This document shows, piece by piece, positions 19,811 through 29,675 of a DNA stretch of 64,000 nt (within the stretch, counting starts at the first letter, position 1; each line of letters opens with the position of its first letter). The stretch is from the NCBI GenBank assembly GCA_965140415.1, contig OZ223209.1, positions 2,528,001 to 2,592,000 of the forward strand. Direction: 5' to 3'. Made by a program: the position numbers and the translations under genes. A model generated the notes under the pieces. The model was not told the origin of the DNA, did not search any database, and saw only the letters and a list, made by a program, of their open reading frames with translations. This stretch comes from Myxococcota bacterium. Its GTDB lineage: Bacteria > Myxococcota_A > SURF-8.

Positions 19811-20242
19811 ATGGAACGTACGTTTGGGATCATCAAACCGGATGCCGTGGATGAAAGACATATCGGTCACGTAATTTCCGGTATCGAAAAAGCCGGTTTG
19901 AAACTGGTCGCCATGAAGTTGGTTCATCTTAGCAAAGAAGAAGCGGCGGGATTCTATGCCGTTCACAAGAAGCGTCCTTTCTTCAAAAGCCTGCTGAAAT
20001 ACATCACCAGCGGTCCGGTGGTCGTGATGGCCATGGAAGGCGAAAACGCGATCGAAAAATGGCGTAAACTGATGGGTCCGACCGATTCCACCAAAGCTCC
20101 GAAATCGACCTTACGCGGCAAATACGGCAAAAACATCGAAGAAAACGCCTGCCATGGTTCCGATGCTCCGGAAACCGCCGCAGTTGAATTGGGCTATTTC
20201 TTTAACGCGCTGGAATACATTACCCCGAAACGCAAAAAGTAA
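19811..20242 (+). CDS. ndk: Nucleoside diphosphate kinase (canonical)
   Basis: ERTFGIIKPDAV, FYAVH, SGPVV and NACHGSD; ATG at 19811 after GGAG. Confidence 0.97.
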   Translation: MERTFGIIKPDAVDERHIGHVISGIEKAGLKLVAMKLVHLSKEEAAGFYAVHKKRPFFKSLLKYITSGPVVVMAMEGENAIEKWRKLMGPTDSTKAPKSTLRGKYGKNIEENACHGSDAPETAAVELGYFFNALEYITPKRKK

Positions 20243-20265
20243 TTTCGCACTTATCAGGAGTTTTC

Positions 20266-20808
20266 ATGGCTTTGGAACAAACCCTGGTGCTTATCAAGCC
20301 GGATGGCGTTCGCAGGAAGCTGGTTGGTGAGATTCTGGCCCGCTTCGAGCGGGTCGGACTGACAATCGATAAGATGCAACTGTTTCATGCGACACCACAG
20401 CGCATCGAAGAGCACTATCCGTCGACAGACGATTGGTTCGAGAGTGTTGGCTCGAAAACCAAGCAGGCCTACGAGCGCGACGGCTTGGATGTGATGGCCA
20501 CTTTCGGTACGGCTGATGCGGTTGGTATCGGCAAAGTCGTAAAAAGCTGGCTGGCCGACTACATGACGAGTGATCCCGTGATCGGCATGGTCCTTTCCGG
20601 TAACCGAGCGGTTGAACTGGTGCGGAAAATGGTTGGGCATACGTTCCCTTCTGATGCTGCACCCGGTTCGATTCGTGGAGATTATTCCATCGATTCTCCC
20701 GAAGTTGCCAATGCGGAAAAGCGCTCGATTTACAACCTGATTCATGCATCAGGTGAGATCGAGGAAGCGCAGCGAGAAATCGCGCTCTGGTTCGGAGAAA
20801 ATAACTGA
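20266..20808 (+). CDS. ndk: Second, longer nucleoside diphosphate kinase
   Basis: EQTLVLIKPDGV, PGSIRGDY and NLIHAS, with an internal insertion. Confidence 0.92.
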   Translation: MALEQTLVLIKPDGVRRKLVGEILARFERVGLTIDKMQLFHATPQRIEEHYPSTDDWFESVGSKTKQAYERDGLDVMATFGTADAVGIGKVVKSWLADYMTSDPVIGMVLSGNRAVELVRKMVGHTFPSDAAPGSIRGDYSIDSPEVANAEKRSIYNLIHASGEIEEAQREIALWFGENN

Positions 20809-20872
20809 CATTGCGCCCGCAACAATGTTTTGCGGGCGGATTCTATCGACTCCCAAAATAGGAGAACGATCT

Positions 20873-22396
20873 ATGGCGCAGGACAGCGGAACCCAGCAGG
20901 CAAACGCAACGGAAGAAAAGGTCAAATACAGCGCCCGTCAGCGACTGGAAATGCTGTTTGATCCCGGTACCTTCCATGAAATCGATCGATATGTGACCCA
21001 TCACATCACCGGCTATGGAATGGAAAATAAAAAGCGAGCAGGGGATTCTGTCGTTACAGGCTTCGGAATGGTCAATGGACGTCCGGTATACGCCTATAGC
21101 CAGGATTCCAGCTTCATGGGGGGCTCGCTGGGAGAGGCGCACGCCAAGAAGATCTGCAAAGTGATGGAGATGGCAACCAAAGAGCTGGCTCCTATGGTCG
21201 GCTTTAATGATTCCGGCGGCGCGCGCTTGCAGGAAGGTGTTATCGCGCTTGGCGGTTATGGCGATATCTTCATGCGAAATGTGCGTAGTTCCGGCGTGAT
21301 TCCACAGATTTCCGTAATCAGTGGTATTTGTGCCGGTGGTGCGGTGTATTCACCGGCATTGACGGATTTCATCCTGATGGTCGAAGATCAGGCGCACATG
21401 TTCATTACCGGTCCCAAGGTCGTGGAGGCTGTCACAGGAGAAAAAATCTCTATGGCAGAGTTGGGTGGCGCCATGGCGCACTCGACAAAGTCGGGTGTGT
21501 GTCATTTGAATTGTTACGACGATCAGCATTCCATCGACACCGTGCGCCATCTGCTCGGTTTTTTGCCGCAAAACGCACAGGAAAAGCCACCTGCCTACGA
21601 ACCCTGGGACGACCCGGAGCGGCTGTGCCCGGAACTGTTGGATATCGTTCCGATGGACAACAGTAGAAAGGGGTTCGATGTCCGGGACGTCATCGAGTGT
21701 GTCATGGACACCGAAAGCTTCTTCGAAATCCATCCCAATTACGCACAGAACATCGTGGTAGGGTTTGCGCGTTTGGATGGCTATGCAGTGGGTGTTGTGG
21801 CCAATCAACCCAATTTCATGGCCGGTACGCTTGATTGCAATGCCTCGCGTAAAGGTTCACGCTTTATCCGCACCTGCGATGCCTACAATGTGCCGATCAT
21901 CAGTTTTGTCGATGTTCCCGGCTTTTTACCCGGTGTCAACCAGGAGCACACCGGTATCATTCTGCACGGGGCGAAAATGCTCTTTGCCTATGCGGAAGCA
22001 ACTGTACCTAAGCTCACGATTACATTGCGTAAATCTTTCGGTGGCGCTTATGACGTCATGAGTTCCCGACATCTTGGGGCGGATTACAACTTCGCCTGGC
22101 CATCCTCTGAAATCGCGGTGATGGGTTCCGCCGGTGCGGTTGGTATTTTGTACAACAGCACTTTTAAAAAGATGAAAGCCGAAGGCAAGGCGGACGAGAT
22201 TCCCGCCATGAAGCAGAAGTTGATCGGGGAATATGAAGAAGTCTACCTGACGCCATATATGGCAGCGGAGTATGGCTTTGTGGATGACGTCATCGCCCCT
22301 GAAAGTACGCGCCAGGTGCTGATTCGAGCCTTCCATACCATCCGAAACAAGCAAGAGCCGCTGCTTCCAAGAAAACACAGAAACGTGCCACTGTAA
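20873..22396 (+). CDS. Acyl-CoA carboxylase carboxyltransferase (beta) subunit, PccB/MmdA-like
   Basis: DSGGARLQEG, GGAVYSPA, FVDVPGFLPG and C-terminal RKHRNVPL; ATG at 20873 after AGGAG. Confidence 0.95.
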   Translation: MAQDSGTQQANATEEKVKYSARQRLEMLFDPGTFHEIDRYVTHHITGYGMENKKRAGDSVVTGFGMVNGRPVYAYSQDSSFMGGSLGEAHAKKICKVMEMATKELAPMVGFNDSGGARLQEGVIALGGYGDIFMRNVRSSGVIPQISVISGICAGGAVYSPALTDFILMVEDQAHMFITGPKVVEAVTGEKISMAELGGAMAHSTKSGVCHLNCYDDQHSIDTVRHLLGFLPQNAQEKPPAYEPWDDPERLCPELLDIVPMDNSRKGFDVRDVIECVMDTESFFEIHPNYAQNIVVGFARLDGYAVGVVANQPNFMAGTLDCNASRKGSRFIRTCDAYNVPIISFVDVPGFLPGVNQEHTGIILHGAKMLFAYAEATVPKLTITLRKSFGGAYDVMSSRHLGADYNFAWPSSEIAVMGSAGAVGILYNSTFKKMKAEGKADEIPAMKQKLIGEYEEVYLTPYMAAEYGFVDDVIAPESTRQVLIRAFHTIRNKQEPLLPRKHRNVPL

Positions 22397-22550
22397 GCGG
22401 CTATCAGAATTCTACAAATCCGATCCGAAAACTAGATCTTTCTGTTGAAACGGGAATGATTCGGGGGAGTACTGTCTCTATATCTGTACGTTAAGGATAG
22501 TGGCGCAGATGCTTTTATGTCGCAGTCCTGAAGACAGTGAGGATAGTACC

Positions 22551-22880
22551 ATGACCGATCTAGCTTCTAAAACCTGCCTGCCTTGTCAAGGTGGTGTGGA
22601 ACCGATGAAGGGGGACGATCTTCTGCTTTATCTCGAGCAGGTGCACGAGGATTGGCACCTGGTCAACGAGCATCACCTGGAGCGGGAGTATTGGTTCAAA
22701 GATTTTAAAGATGCTCTGGCCTTTGCCAATTCGGTTGGAGATCTGGCGGAAAGCGTAAATCATCATCCGGACATTCATTTGAGTTGGGGGAAAGTGGTTC
22801 TTCATCTGTGGACACACAAGATCGATGGCTTGTCCGAAAGTGATTTTATCTTTGCGGCCAAGGTGGATCGTTTACGCTAG
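22551..22880 (+). CDS. Pterin-4-alpha-carbinolamine dehydratase
   Basis: CLPC N-terminus, NHHPDI, WTHKIDGLSESDFIFAAK. Confidence 0.93.
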   Translation: MTDLASKTCLPCQGGVEPMKGDDLLLYLEQVHEDWHLVNEHHLEREYWFKDFKDALAFANSVGDLAESVNHHPDIHLSWGKVVLHLWTHKIDGLSESDFIFAAKVDRLR

Positions 22881-22945
22881 AGGTGCATGTGAAATAGAAT
22901 TGACAATACAAACATATAGAGCCAATTGTTAAAGAGGAAAATGAA

Positions 22946-23389
22946 ATGAAAACAGTCAAGGACTTGATAGAAAACAAACCCGGGCCGATCATCGATATTC
23001 TGCCGGATAAGGCATTGACCGAAGCTGCCTCGAATCTGGTGGATCATAATATCGGTGCATTGATTGTCACCAATGAGAAGCAGCAGGTGCTTGGTATTCT
23101 TTCCGAGCGCGACATATTGAGGCAGCTTAAAGAGCATCCCGCTGAATTTCAGCAGCTACAGGTCAAAGATGCCATGACGGAAGATTTGTATGTAGCGTTG
23201 CCGGAAGATGAACTCGACTATGTCATGAGTGTGATGGTCAAATACCAAATACGTCACCTCCCAGTGATTGATGCCGGCAAACTGATCGGCATCCTTTCCG
23301 TGCGTGATGTCATTGCCGCGCTGAAAACGCAAAAGGAATATGAAAATCACCGCTTGAGAGACTATATCAGTGGCGATTATCCCGGTTGA
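22946..23389 (+). CDS. CBS-pair domain protein
   Basis: IGALIV, GILSERD, IRHLPV and GILSVRDV. Confidence 0.92.
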   Translation: MKTVKDLIENKPGPIIDILPDKALTEAASNLVDHNIGALIVTNEKQQVLGILSERDILRQLKEHPAEFQQLQVKDAMTEDLYVALPEDELDYVMSVMVKYQIRHLPVIDAGKLIGILSVRDVIAALKTQKEYENHRLRDYISGDYPG

Positions 23390-23450
23390 TTTTTTATCGG
23401 GATTTAATCCTTGGTTGATGTGTAAGCGTTTGAATTGACAGTTGAAATAC

Positions 23451-24389
23451 TTATCGAGTGCGTTTGAGATACTGGTATACTTCACGGGCGACGACGGCTC
23501 CATCTCCAACAGAAGCGGCAATGCTTGGTGATTTGGGATTGGCGATATCGCCAGCGGCAAAGACGCCGTCTTCCGAACTATGAAGGTAGCGATTGACTTC
23601 GATATAGCCCGCGCCATCTAAATGTAACGAACCGGGAGGAATCAGGTCCGTATTGGGTCGATATCCGATTTTCAAAACCAGCCAGTCCGTTTTGCGTTTC
23701 TCATCTACTCCTTGAGTAATCAACTTGATATGACTCAGTTTTTCATCGCTCTCCTGCAAACCCACGACTTCCGTTTCCATAAGACAATCGATGGTTGGAT
23801 GTTCCTGAACGCGACGGATGAATTCCTCTCTCCCACGAAACTCGGCTTTTCGGTGCACGATCGTGACAGATGGGCAATGATCGGCAAGGATCAAGGCGTT
23901 CTCAAGTGCGCCGTCTCCACCGCCAACGATGTAAACGGTTTGACCTGATATTTTTTCGAGATCGCTGCTGGCGGAGAGAGAAACTCCTTTTCCATACAGT
24001 TTCCAGAAGTTGTCGATTTCCAGCTCACGTGGCCGGATTCCCAGTGTGAGTATCAGTGCTTTGGCCTGATAGTTCCCCCATTCTGTCCGTATGAGTTTTC
24101 GCTGCGGATCGATGGAGAGGATTTCCGTATTCAACTCAGCAGAGAGACCTTTTCTTTGGTATTCTTCTTCAAGTAAAACTTGCAGTTCTTTTCCGTTATT
24201 AGCGTAATGTCCAAGGAAATCGTCAATAGGTAGGTTGATTCGGGGAAGGGAGCCGCCCAAGCGTTCCGCCCGTTCGATCAAGACGAACGGCACTTGAAAT
24301 TTCTGCAACCAAATGGCCGCCGATAGTCCAGCCGGACCGCCACCCAGAATCAACGCTTCTGTTTGTTGTGGTTTTCCGATGATTCCCAT
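23451..24389 (-). CDS. Thioredoxin-reductase-like FAD/NAD(P) oxidoreductase lacking CxxC
   Basis: GGGPAGLSAA, VGGGDGA, HR and GVFAAGD; GVSLSASSD where TrxB has GVSxCxxCD. Confidence 0.88.
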   Translation of the reverse strand: MGIIGKPQQTEALILGGGPAGLSAAIWLQKFQVPFVLIERAERLGGSLPRINLPIDDFLGHYANNGKELQVLLEEEYQRKGLSAELNTEILSIDPQRKLIRTEWGNYQAKALILTLGIRPRELEIDNFWKLYGKGVSLSASSDLEKISGQTVYIVGGGDGALENALILADHCPSVTIVHRKAEFRGREEFIRRVQEHPTIDCLMETEVVGLQESDEKLSHIKLITQGVDEKRKTDWLVLKIGYRPNTDLIPPGSLHLDGAGYIEVNRYLHSSEDGVFAAGDIANPKSPSIAASVGDGAVVAREVYQYLKRTR

Positions 24390-24397
24390 GGGATCTT

Positions 24398-24958
24398 TTA
24401 TAAGACTTTTTTAAAGAATTCCTGGCGTAATTCGCCAGATGTCAGCACTCCCCTGGATGCGGTATAGTCAACGCTGCCTACGTTTTTCAATCCTCGCATT
24501 TCCATGCACATATGCCGTGCGTTCAGGTGTACGATCAGCCCTGCCGGTGACATTGCCTCGCCAAGAAAATCGGCTACCTGCTCCGCCAGACGTTCCTGCA
24601 GTTGAGGTCGCCGGGAGAAGAATTCCAGCACCTTCGGCAATGATCCCAGGCCGACGACTTTGCCCGCAGGAACATAGCCCACGTGCGCCCGCCCGAAAAA
24701 AGGAAGCAGGTGATGGGCGCACATCGAGTAAAACGTGATATCGCGAATAATCACCATTTCACTGCCTGGATAGTCGGTTACGGACAGTTCAGGTGGTTCC
24801 GACGGTTCCATGCCTGCAAAGAGATCCTGGTACAGGGTGGTGACTCGCTCGGGCATGCCCTGCAATTCGGAATCCTGCTCCATTGGAAAGCCGAGCAATT
24901 TAAACGCGGTGCGAAAATGTTCGGCAGCTTCTATGCGGTTTCGTTCCCGTTCATTCAT
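24398..24958 (-). CDS. folE: GTP cyclohydrolase I
   Basis: SMCAHHLLPFFG, RPQLQERL and HMCMEMRG. Confidence 0.96.
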   Translation of the reverse strand: MNERERNRIEAAEHFRTAFKLLGFPMEQDSELQGMPERVTTLYQDLFAGMEPSEPPELSVTDYPGSEMVIIRDITFYSMCAHHLLPFFGRAHVGYVPAGKVVGLGSLPKVLEFFSRRPQLQERLAEQVADFLGEAMSPAGLIVHLNARHMCMEMRGLKNVGSVDYTASRGVLTSGELRQEFFKKVL

Positions 24959-25140
24959 AATCTAAACTCCTGAAGGATAGATTCCGAGTATACCTTGCTT
25001 GGGTGGAATAGGCGATGCTTTTCGTCGGTTTGTCTTGCGTTTCTTCCGTTATGCTTGGAATTTTCATCCCTAAATATGTGTTGAAAGCTTAATATTGTCT
25101 GACGCGGATTGTCAAATGTTCATTCCGATGAGGGATTTGA

Positions 25141-25169
25141 TTGACGCAGTGTGCAATTTCGCATAACGT
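25141..25169 (+). promoter_or_regulatory. Putative sigma70 promoter of cysE
   Basis: TTGACG-17 bp-TAACGT. Confidence 0.5.
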
Positions 25170-25221
25170 AGCGGCTGGAAAATAACCAGTTATTTGGCGT
25201 TATACCGCCCTGGGAGGCGAC

Positions 25222-26169
25222 ATGACGATACCTACTTCGAAAGAGAATTCCGTTGCAAAAAACGGACATTCCCGGTTGGCGGCTATCGTAGCGGATTTAC
25301 AGCGTTCCGGTCCGGAAGCCATGCGTGTTCGGAATTCTCAATGTAAGCCTTTGCCTTCGAGAGATGCCATTATCGGCATGGTTGAAGCGTTGCGGTCGAT
25401 CGTTTTTCCTCGTTGTTTCGGCCAGGAACATATCGATAACGAAAGCTTGAGTTTTCATTTGGGCGCGCAACTGGATAAGCTGTTTCATGTGCTGAGGGAA
25501 CAGATCAATCGCGGCCTGTGCTTCCGCTGTGAGGGGACAAAGGATAGCTGCGAAATGTGCGAAATTCAGGCCGATGAGGTTGCGAATCAGTTTCTGGAAC
25601 GAGTACCGACCATTTCCAGCATGTTGCATAAGGACGTTCGAGCGACCTTCGAAGGCGATCCCGCCGCAAAAAGCGAGGATGAAATCATCTTCTGCTATCC
25701 AGGAATCAATGCGACACTGGCGCACCGCATTGCCCATGAACTGTTCAAACTGGATGCAATTACGATTGCGCGCATCATGTCCGAATACGCTCACAGTATT
25801 ACCGGAATCGACATTCATCCGGGGGCGACAATCGGGGAAAATTTCATGATCGACCATGGCACCGGTGTGGTTATCGGTGAAACCTGCGTGATTGGGAATA
25901 ACGTTAGGATTTATCAGGGGGTGACATTGGGTGCGAAAAGTTTCCCGGTCGATAAGGATGGCAACCCGATCAAAGGGGTCAAACGTCATCCGAACATCGA
26001 AGATGATGTGATTATATACTCCGGAGCGACGATACTTGGCAATGTGACGGTAGGCAAGGGGAGTGTCATTGGTGGTAACGTCTGGTTGACGGAAGACGTT
26101 CCTCCGGGGACACGCGTGTTGCAGAACAGGCCGATACATGAACTATACAGCCAGGGTGGAGGAATTTAA
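25222..26169 (+). CDS. cysE: Serine O-acetyltransferase (EpsC-type)
   Basis: GDPAA, GIDIHPGATIG, IDHGTGVVIGET and YQGVTLGA hexapeptide repeats. Confidence 0.93.
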   Translation: MTIPTSKENSVAKNGHSRLAAIVADLQRSGPEAMRVRNSQCKPLPSRDAIIGMVEALRSIVFPRCFGQEHIDNESLSFHLGAQLDKLFHVLREQINRGLCFRCEGTKDSCEMCEIQADEVANQFLERVPTISSMLHKDVRATFEGDPAAKSEDEIIFCYPGINATLAHRIAHELFKLDAITIARIMSEYAHSITGIDIHPGATIGENFMIDHGTGVVIGETCVIGNNVRIYQGVTLGAKSFPVDKDGNPIKGVKRHPNIEDDVIIYSGATILGNVTVGKGSVIGGNVWLTEDVPPGTRVLQNRPIHELYSQGGGI

Positions 26170-26321
26170 TCATCTGGATGGCCGGGTTAATCTGCTTTTA
26201 TCCGAAACGCGATGGCTTCAAGCTGGATTTTGCACGAGTCGTTTCTCTCTCTTTTTCGCTTTGTATCGGTTGCCTTCATGCCGATAAAAGCTCTTTGTCG
26301 GAGTTGTAGAAAGGAAGTTCC

Positions 26322-28064
26322 ATGCAATTTGACACAATTATAGAAAATCCAAGAATTTACGACGGTAGTGGTCGCCGACCGAGAAGAAACGATGTGGCAA
26401 TCAGTGGTGATCGCATCGCTGCAATCGGGGATTTGAAAAAGGCGCAAGCCGCCACCCGTATTTCTGCGAACAAACTGGCGCTATGTCCTGGTTTCATCGA
26501 TGTACACTCTCATGCGGATATGGGAATGCATCATGCCGACCATATTCCCGTTCTCGAACCGCTGGTGAGGCAGGGAATTACGACATATGTTGGTGGCAAT
26601 TGTGGTGTTGGAATGGGACCGATTTCCCCAACCAATGACGTTCCGCAATTCGAATTCTACAACTTTTTCCTGGGAGAGGATCAGCGTCCCCACATTCACT
26701 GGAAAAGCTTCGGTGAGATGATGGAAGCCTATGAAGGTCATGGCATGCTGCTTAATGCGGCTCTATTGACCGGGCACGGCATTCTTCGCATGGATGCGAT
26801 GGGCGATAAAATGGATCTGGCTTCTCAGGGAGAAGTTCGTCACATGCGGAAGAAACTGGCGGAATGCTTGGAGGCTGGTTCGATTGGATTGTCTACCGGT
26901 TTGCAGTATTTTCCCGGTTTGAACTCGGATCAGTGGGAATTGACGGAGTTGGCCAAGGAAGTGAAAAAGTACAACGGCGTGTTCACTTCTCACTTGCGCT
27001 CTTATAGTTCCGATACGCTTGGCAAAGCGATTAAAGAAGTGTTGGATATCGGGCGTGATGCCCAGGTGCCGGTGCAGATCAGCCACCTGTTCTGGATTCC
27101 CAACCTTCCCGGTCCATTGAATGGGGCGATGAACCGCCTGATCAAAGGCGTCAGTTACTTGTACAGCAAGAAGGAGTTTCCGGTTCCGATCGATAGTGCG
27201 GTGAAAGTACATCTTGAAGCGGTTGCGCGCCATATCGAGAAAGGCTATCCGGTTGGTATCGACGGTATGCCGACTTCGGCAGGCTTTACGCATCTGCTTG
27301 CCTTTTTCCCGCCATGGTCGTTGCAGGGAGGGCTGGAGGTCGTTCGTGCTCGCCTGGCGGACCCGGAGCAACGCAAGTTGATTCGACGCAGCATCGAGAA
27401 GGGCGATACGAAATGGCCGCACCGCGGGCGCGATTCCTGGTCGATGAATCTGTTTAAGGTCATGGGTTGGGGCTGTGCCAGCATCATGAGCCTGGTCAGC
27501 GAAAAGAACCAGCCTTTGGTTGGGAAAACGTTGTTGGAAGTCGGCGAATCCCGTGGGGTGCATCCATTCGATGCAATGTGCGATCTGTTACTGGAGGAAG
27601 ATGGTCGCGTACTGATCTTCGAAACCGCTACCTATCCGGGCGATCCACTGGTGGAGCGTTCGTTACTGGGAACGCTATTGGACCCGAATGTGTCGATCGT
27701 CACCGATACCATTCCGATGGGTTTCGGGTTGCCTTCCCATCTTACCTACGACTGTTTCCCGAAATTCCTGGGAACCTATGCACGGGAATGGGGTGCGTTA
27801 AGTATGCAGGAAGCGATTCGGAAATCAACGTCGTTGCCTGCCAAGCAATTGCAGATCAAGCAGCGCGGCGAAGTGAAGGAAGGGTATTTCGCGGATCTGG
27901 TTCTTTTCGATGAGAATACGATCGGAACCAACGGTCACGCCAAAGATCCGGCTCATTTCCCAAGCGGCATCGAGCGGGTATTCATAAATGGCCACACCGT
28001 AGTGGATGGTGACGGTCTTCATGCGGACCCACGACCTGGGCGCATGTTGCGCCGTGGTGCCTGA
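26322..28064 (+). CDS. N-acyl-D-amino-acid deacylase family amidohydrolase
   Basis: PGFIDVHSH, GGNCG, SHLR and GYFADLVLFD. Confidence 0.9.
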   Translation: MQFDTIIENPRIYDGSGRRPRRNDVAISGDRIAAIGDLKKAQAATRISANKLALCPGFIDVHSHADMGMHHADHIPVLEPLVRQGITTYVGGNCGVGMGPISPTNDVPQFEFYNFFLGEDQRPHIHWKSFGEMMEAYEGHGMLLNAALLTGHGILRMDAMGDKMDLASQGEVRHMRKKLAECLEAGSIGLSTGLQYFPGLNSDQWELTELAKEVKKYNGVFTSHLRSYSSDTLGKAIKEVLDIGRDAQVPVQISHLFWIPNLPGPLNGAMNRLIKGVSYLYSKKEFPVPIDSAVKVHLEAVARHIEKGYPVGIDGMPTSAGFTHLLAFFPPWSLQGGLEVVRARLADPEQRKLIRRSIEKGDTKWPHRGRDSWSMNLFKVMGWGCASIMSLVSEKNQPLVGKTLLEVGESRGVHPFDAMCDLLLEEDGRVLIFETATYPGDPLVERSLLGTLLDPNVSIVTDTIPMGFGLPSHLTYDCFPKFLGTYAREWGALSMQEAIRKSTSLPAKQLQIKQRGEVKEGYFADLVLFDENTIGTNGHAKDPAHFPSGIERVFINGHTVVDGDGLHADPRPGRMLRRGA

Positions 28065-28090
28065 CGAAGTTCCATTGAGCGATTAAGAAC

Positions 28091-28122
28091 AAAGGGAGGT
28101 GGCTTGCGGGCTTTCTCCCTTT
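28091..28122. terminator. Probable bidirectional terminator between convergent genes
   Basis: AAAGGGAG...CTCCCTTT inverted repeat. Confidence 0.6.
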
Positions 28123-28125
28123 CTT

Positions 28126-28884
28126 CTATTTCAGAACCAACTCGACCGGGCAGTGGTCGCTACCCAGGACATCGCTCAGAATTCCTACGGATTTGACTTT
28201 CGGCAGCAGTTTTTCATCAACACAGTGATAGTCGATTCTCCAGCCGACATTCCGTTCTCTGGCGCGAGCGCGATAGGACCACCAAGTGTAATGATCCGGC
28301 TCCTTGACGAAGTGGCGGAATGTATCGATGTATCCGTTTTTCAGAAATTCCGTCATCGCCTGGCGCTCTTCGATGTAAAAGCCGGGACTTTCTTCGTTGC
28401 CTTTCGGGCGGGCCAGATCGATTTCGTTGTGCGCGATGTTGTAATCTCCGCACAGTACGATGTGATGTCCTTTTTTAACGAGATCGTTGCAGAATGCGGT
28501 CATCTGCTCGCAGAAATCCAGTTTGTAATCGAGTCTTGCGCGTTCCGGGCGCGAATTGGGAAAATAGGCGTTGATTAGTGTGAAGTCCTTGAACTCCAAG
28601 GCTTGCACCCGACCTTCTTCGTCGAAGCGGACCACGTTCATGTCGGTAACGGAAAGTGGCTCTGTTTTACAATAGGTGGCAGTGCCAGAATAGCCTGGGC
28701 GTTGTGCGGATTGCCAGATTACATGGTAGCCGTTTACGTTCTGAGCCGATTTCGGGATTTGCTCCGGTTTCGCTTTGATTTCTTGAAGGCAAATGATGTC
28801 CGGACTTTCTTTTTCCAGCCATTCAAGAAACCCCTTTTTCAGCACTGCACGAAGACCATTGACATTCCATGAAAGAATTCGCAT
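28126..28884 (-). CDS. xth: Exodeoxyribonuclease III / AP endonuclease
   Basis: SWNVNGLR, CLQEIK, GDYNIAH, GWRIDY and SDHCP. Confidence 0.97.
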   Translation of the reverse strand: MRILSWNVNGLRAVLKKGFLEWLEKESPDIICLQEIKAKPEQIPKSAQNVNGYHVIWQSAQRPGYSGTATYCKTEPLSVTDMNVVRFDEEGRVQALEFKDFTLINAYFPNSRPERARLDYKLDFCEQMTAFCNDLVKKGHHIVLCGDYNIAHNEIDLARPKGNEESPGFYIEERQAMTEFLKNGYIDTFRHFVKEPDHYTWWSYRARARERNVGWRIDYHCVDEKLLPKVKSVGILSDVLGSDHCPVELVLK

Positions 28885-29035
28885 CCGCCAGCTCCCTTTC
28901 TATTGAACAAACGGTTAGGTGAAGTTATTATAAACAGGCAAAGCGTTTTCAAAAGGAAAAGAGATATCTTTTTATAAAATTTGCATGGAGAATTTCTGGA
29001 AGAGGAAAAAGTGAAAAAAGTTTAGGCAAAAATCC

Positions 29036-29064
29036 TTGACAAAGAGATGACCTTCGGATAGTTT
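29036..29064 (+). promoter_or_regulatory. Putative sigma70 promoter for the hypothetical gene and tRNA pair
   Basis: TTGACA-17 bp-TAGTTT with an A-rich upstream element. Confidence 0.65.
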
Positions 29065-29094
29065 TTCGTCTCGCTACTGCTGAGGACAAAGACC

Positions 29095-29442
29095 ATGTCG
29101 AGATCCTTACAAGTTCTTTTAATTGTTGTGATTGCCTTGTTGCTCTTCTCTGTTTCCGCTACAGCGGAGGAACGATGCCTTGGTTTCGCTTTGCCGCGCG
29201 ATAGCGTTCAGGTTGAACCGAACCGGTACTTGGTTGGCCAGAGTTACAAACGAGTACTGAAGTTCTATCGTAAAACCTATATCGGTGTGAAAAGCGTGCA
29301 GAAGACCAAGGGTATCGTCGTTCCGGGCGTCAAATCCGTTCACTATTCCAACCATTCAAAAAAACGTGGAGTGTGGGCGGGAGCTAACGTCAGCTGGATA
29401 AAAGGCAAAACCTACGTGTTTTGTTATCCTTCAGAGAAGTGA
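29095..29442 (+). CDS. Small secreted basic hypothetical protein
   Basis: GAGGA RBS; signal peptide ending in ATA; the stop is 10 bp before tRNA-Gln. Confidence 0.8.
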   Translation: MSRSLQVLLIVVIALLLFSVSATAEERCLGFALPRDSVQVEPNRYLVGQSYKRVLKFYRKTYIGVKSVQKTKGIVVPGVKSVHYSNHSKKRGVWAGANVSWIKGKTYVFCYPSEK

Positions 29443-29452
29443 CAATAAGTGT

Positions 29453-29526
29453 TCGGGGATGGTCTAATGGCAGGACGACGGGTTCTGGCCCCGTTAATCA
29501 AGGTTCGAATCCTTGTCCCCGAACCA
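29453..29526 (+). tRNA. tRNA-Gln (anticodon CTG)
   Basis: Acceptor TCGGGGA/TCCCCGA, anticodon arm ACGGG-TTCTGGC-CCCGT, T arm CAAGG-TTCGAAT-CCTTG, encoded CCA. Confidence 0.96.
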
Positions 29527-29544
29527 TTTTTTTATGCTAACGCT

Positions 29545-29619
29545 GACCCCATCGTCTAGCGGTTAGGACGCCGGCCTCTCAAGCCGGTAGCGCGGGTTCA
29601 ATTCCCGCTGGGGTCGCCA
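29545..29619 (+). tRNA. tRNA-Glu (anticodon CTC)
   Basis: Acceptor GACCCCA/TGGGGTC, anticodon arm CCGGC-CTCTCAA-GCCGG, T arm GCGGG-TTCAATT-CCCGC, encoded CCA. Confidence 0.96.
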
Positions 29620-29632
29620 AAATAAATACTAG

Positions 29633-29675
29633 AACAGCATTTTCGGTAATACTACTGAAAATGCTGTTTGTTTTT
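29633..29675 (+). terminator. Terminator after the tRNA pair
   Basis: AACAGCATTTTCGGTA-ATAC-TACTGAAAATGCTGTT followed by TGTTTTT. Confidence 0.8.
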
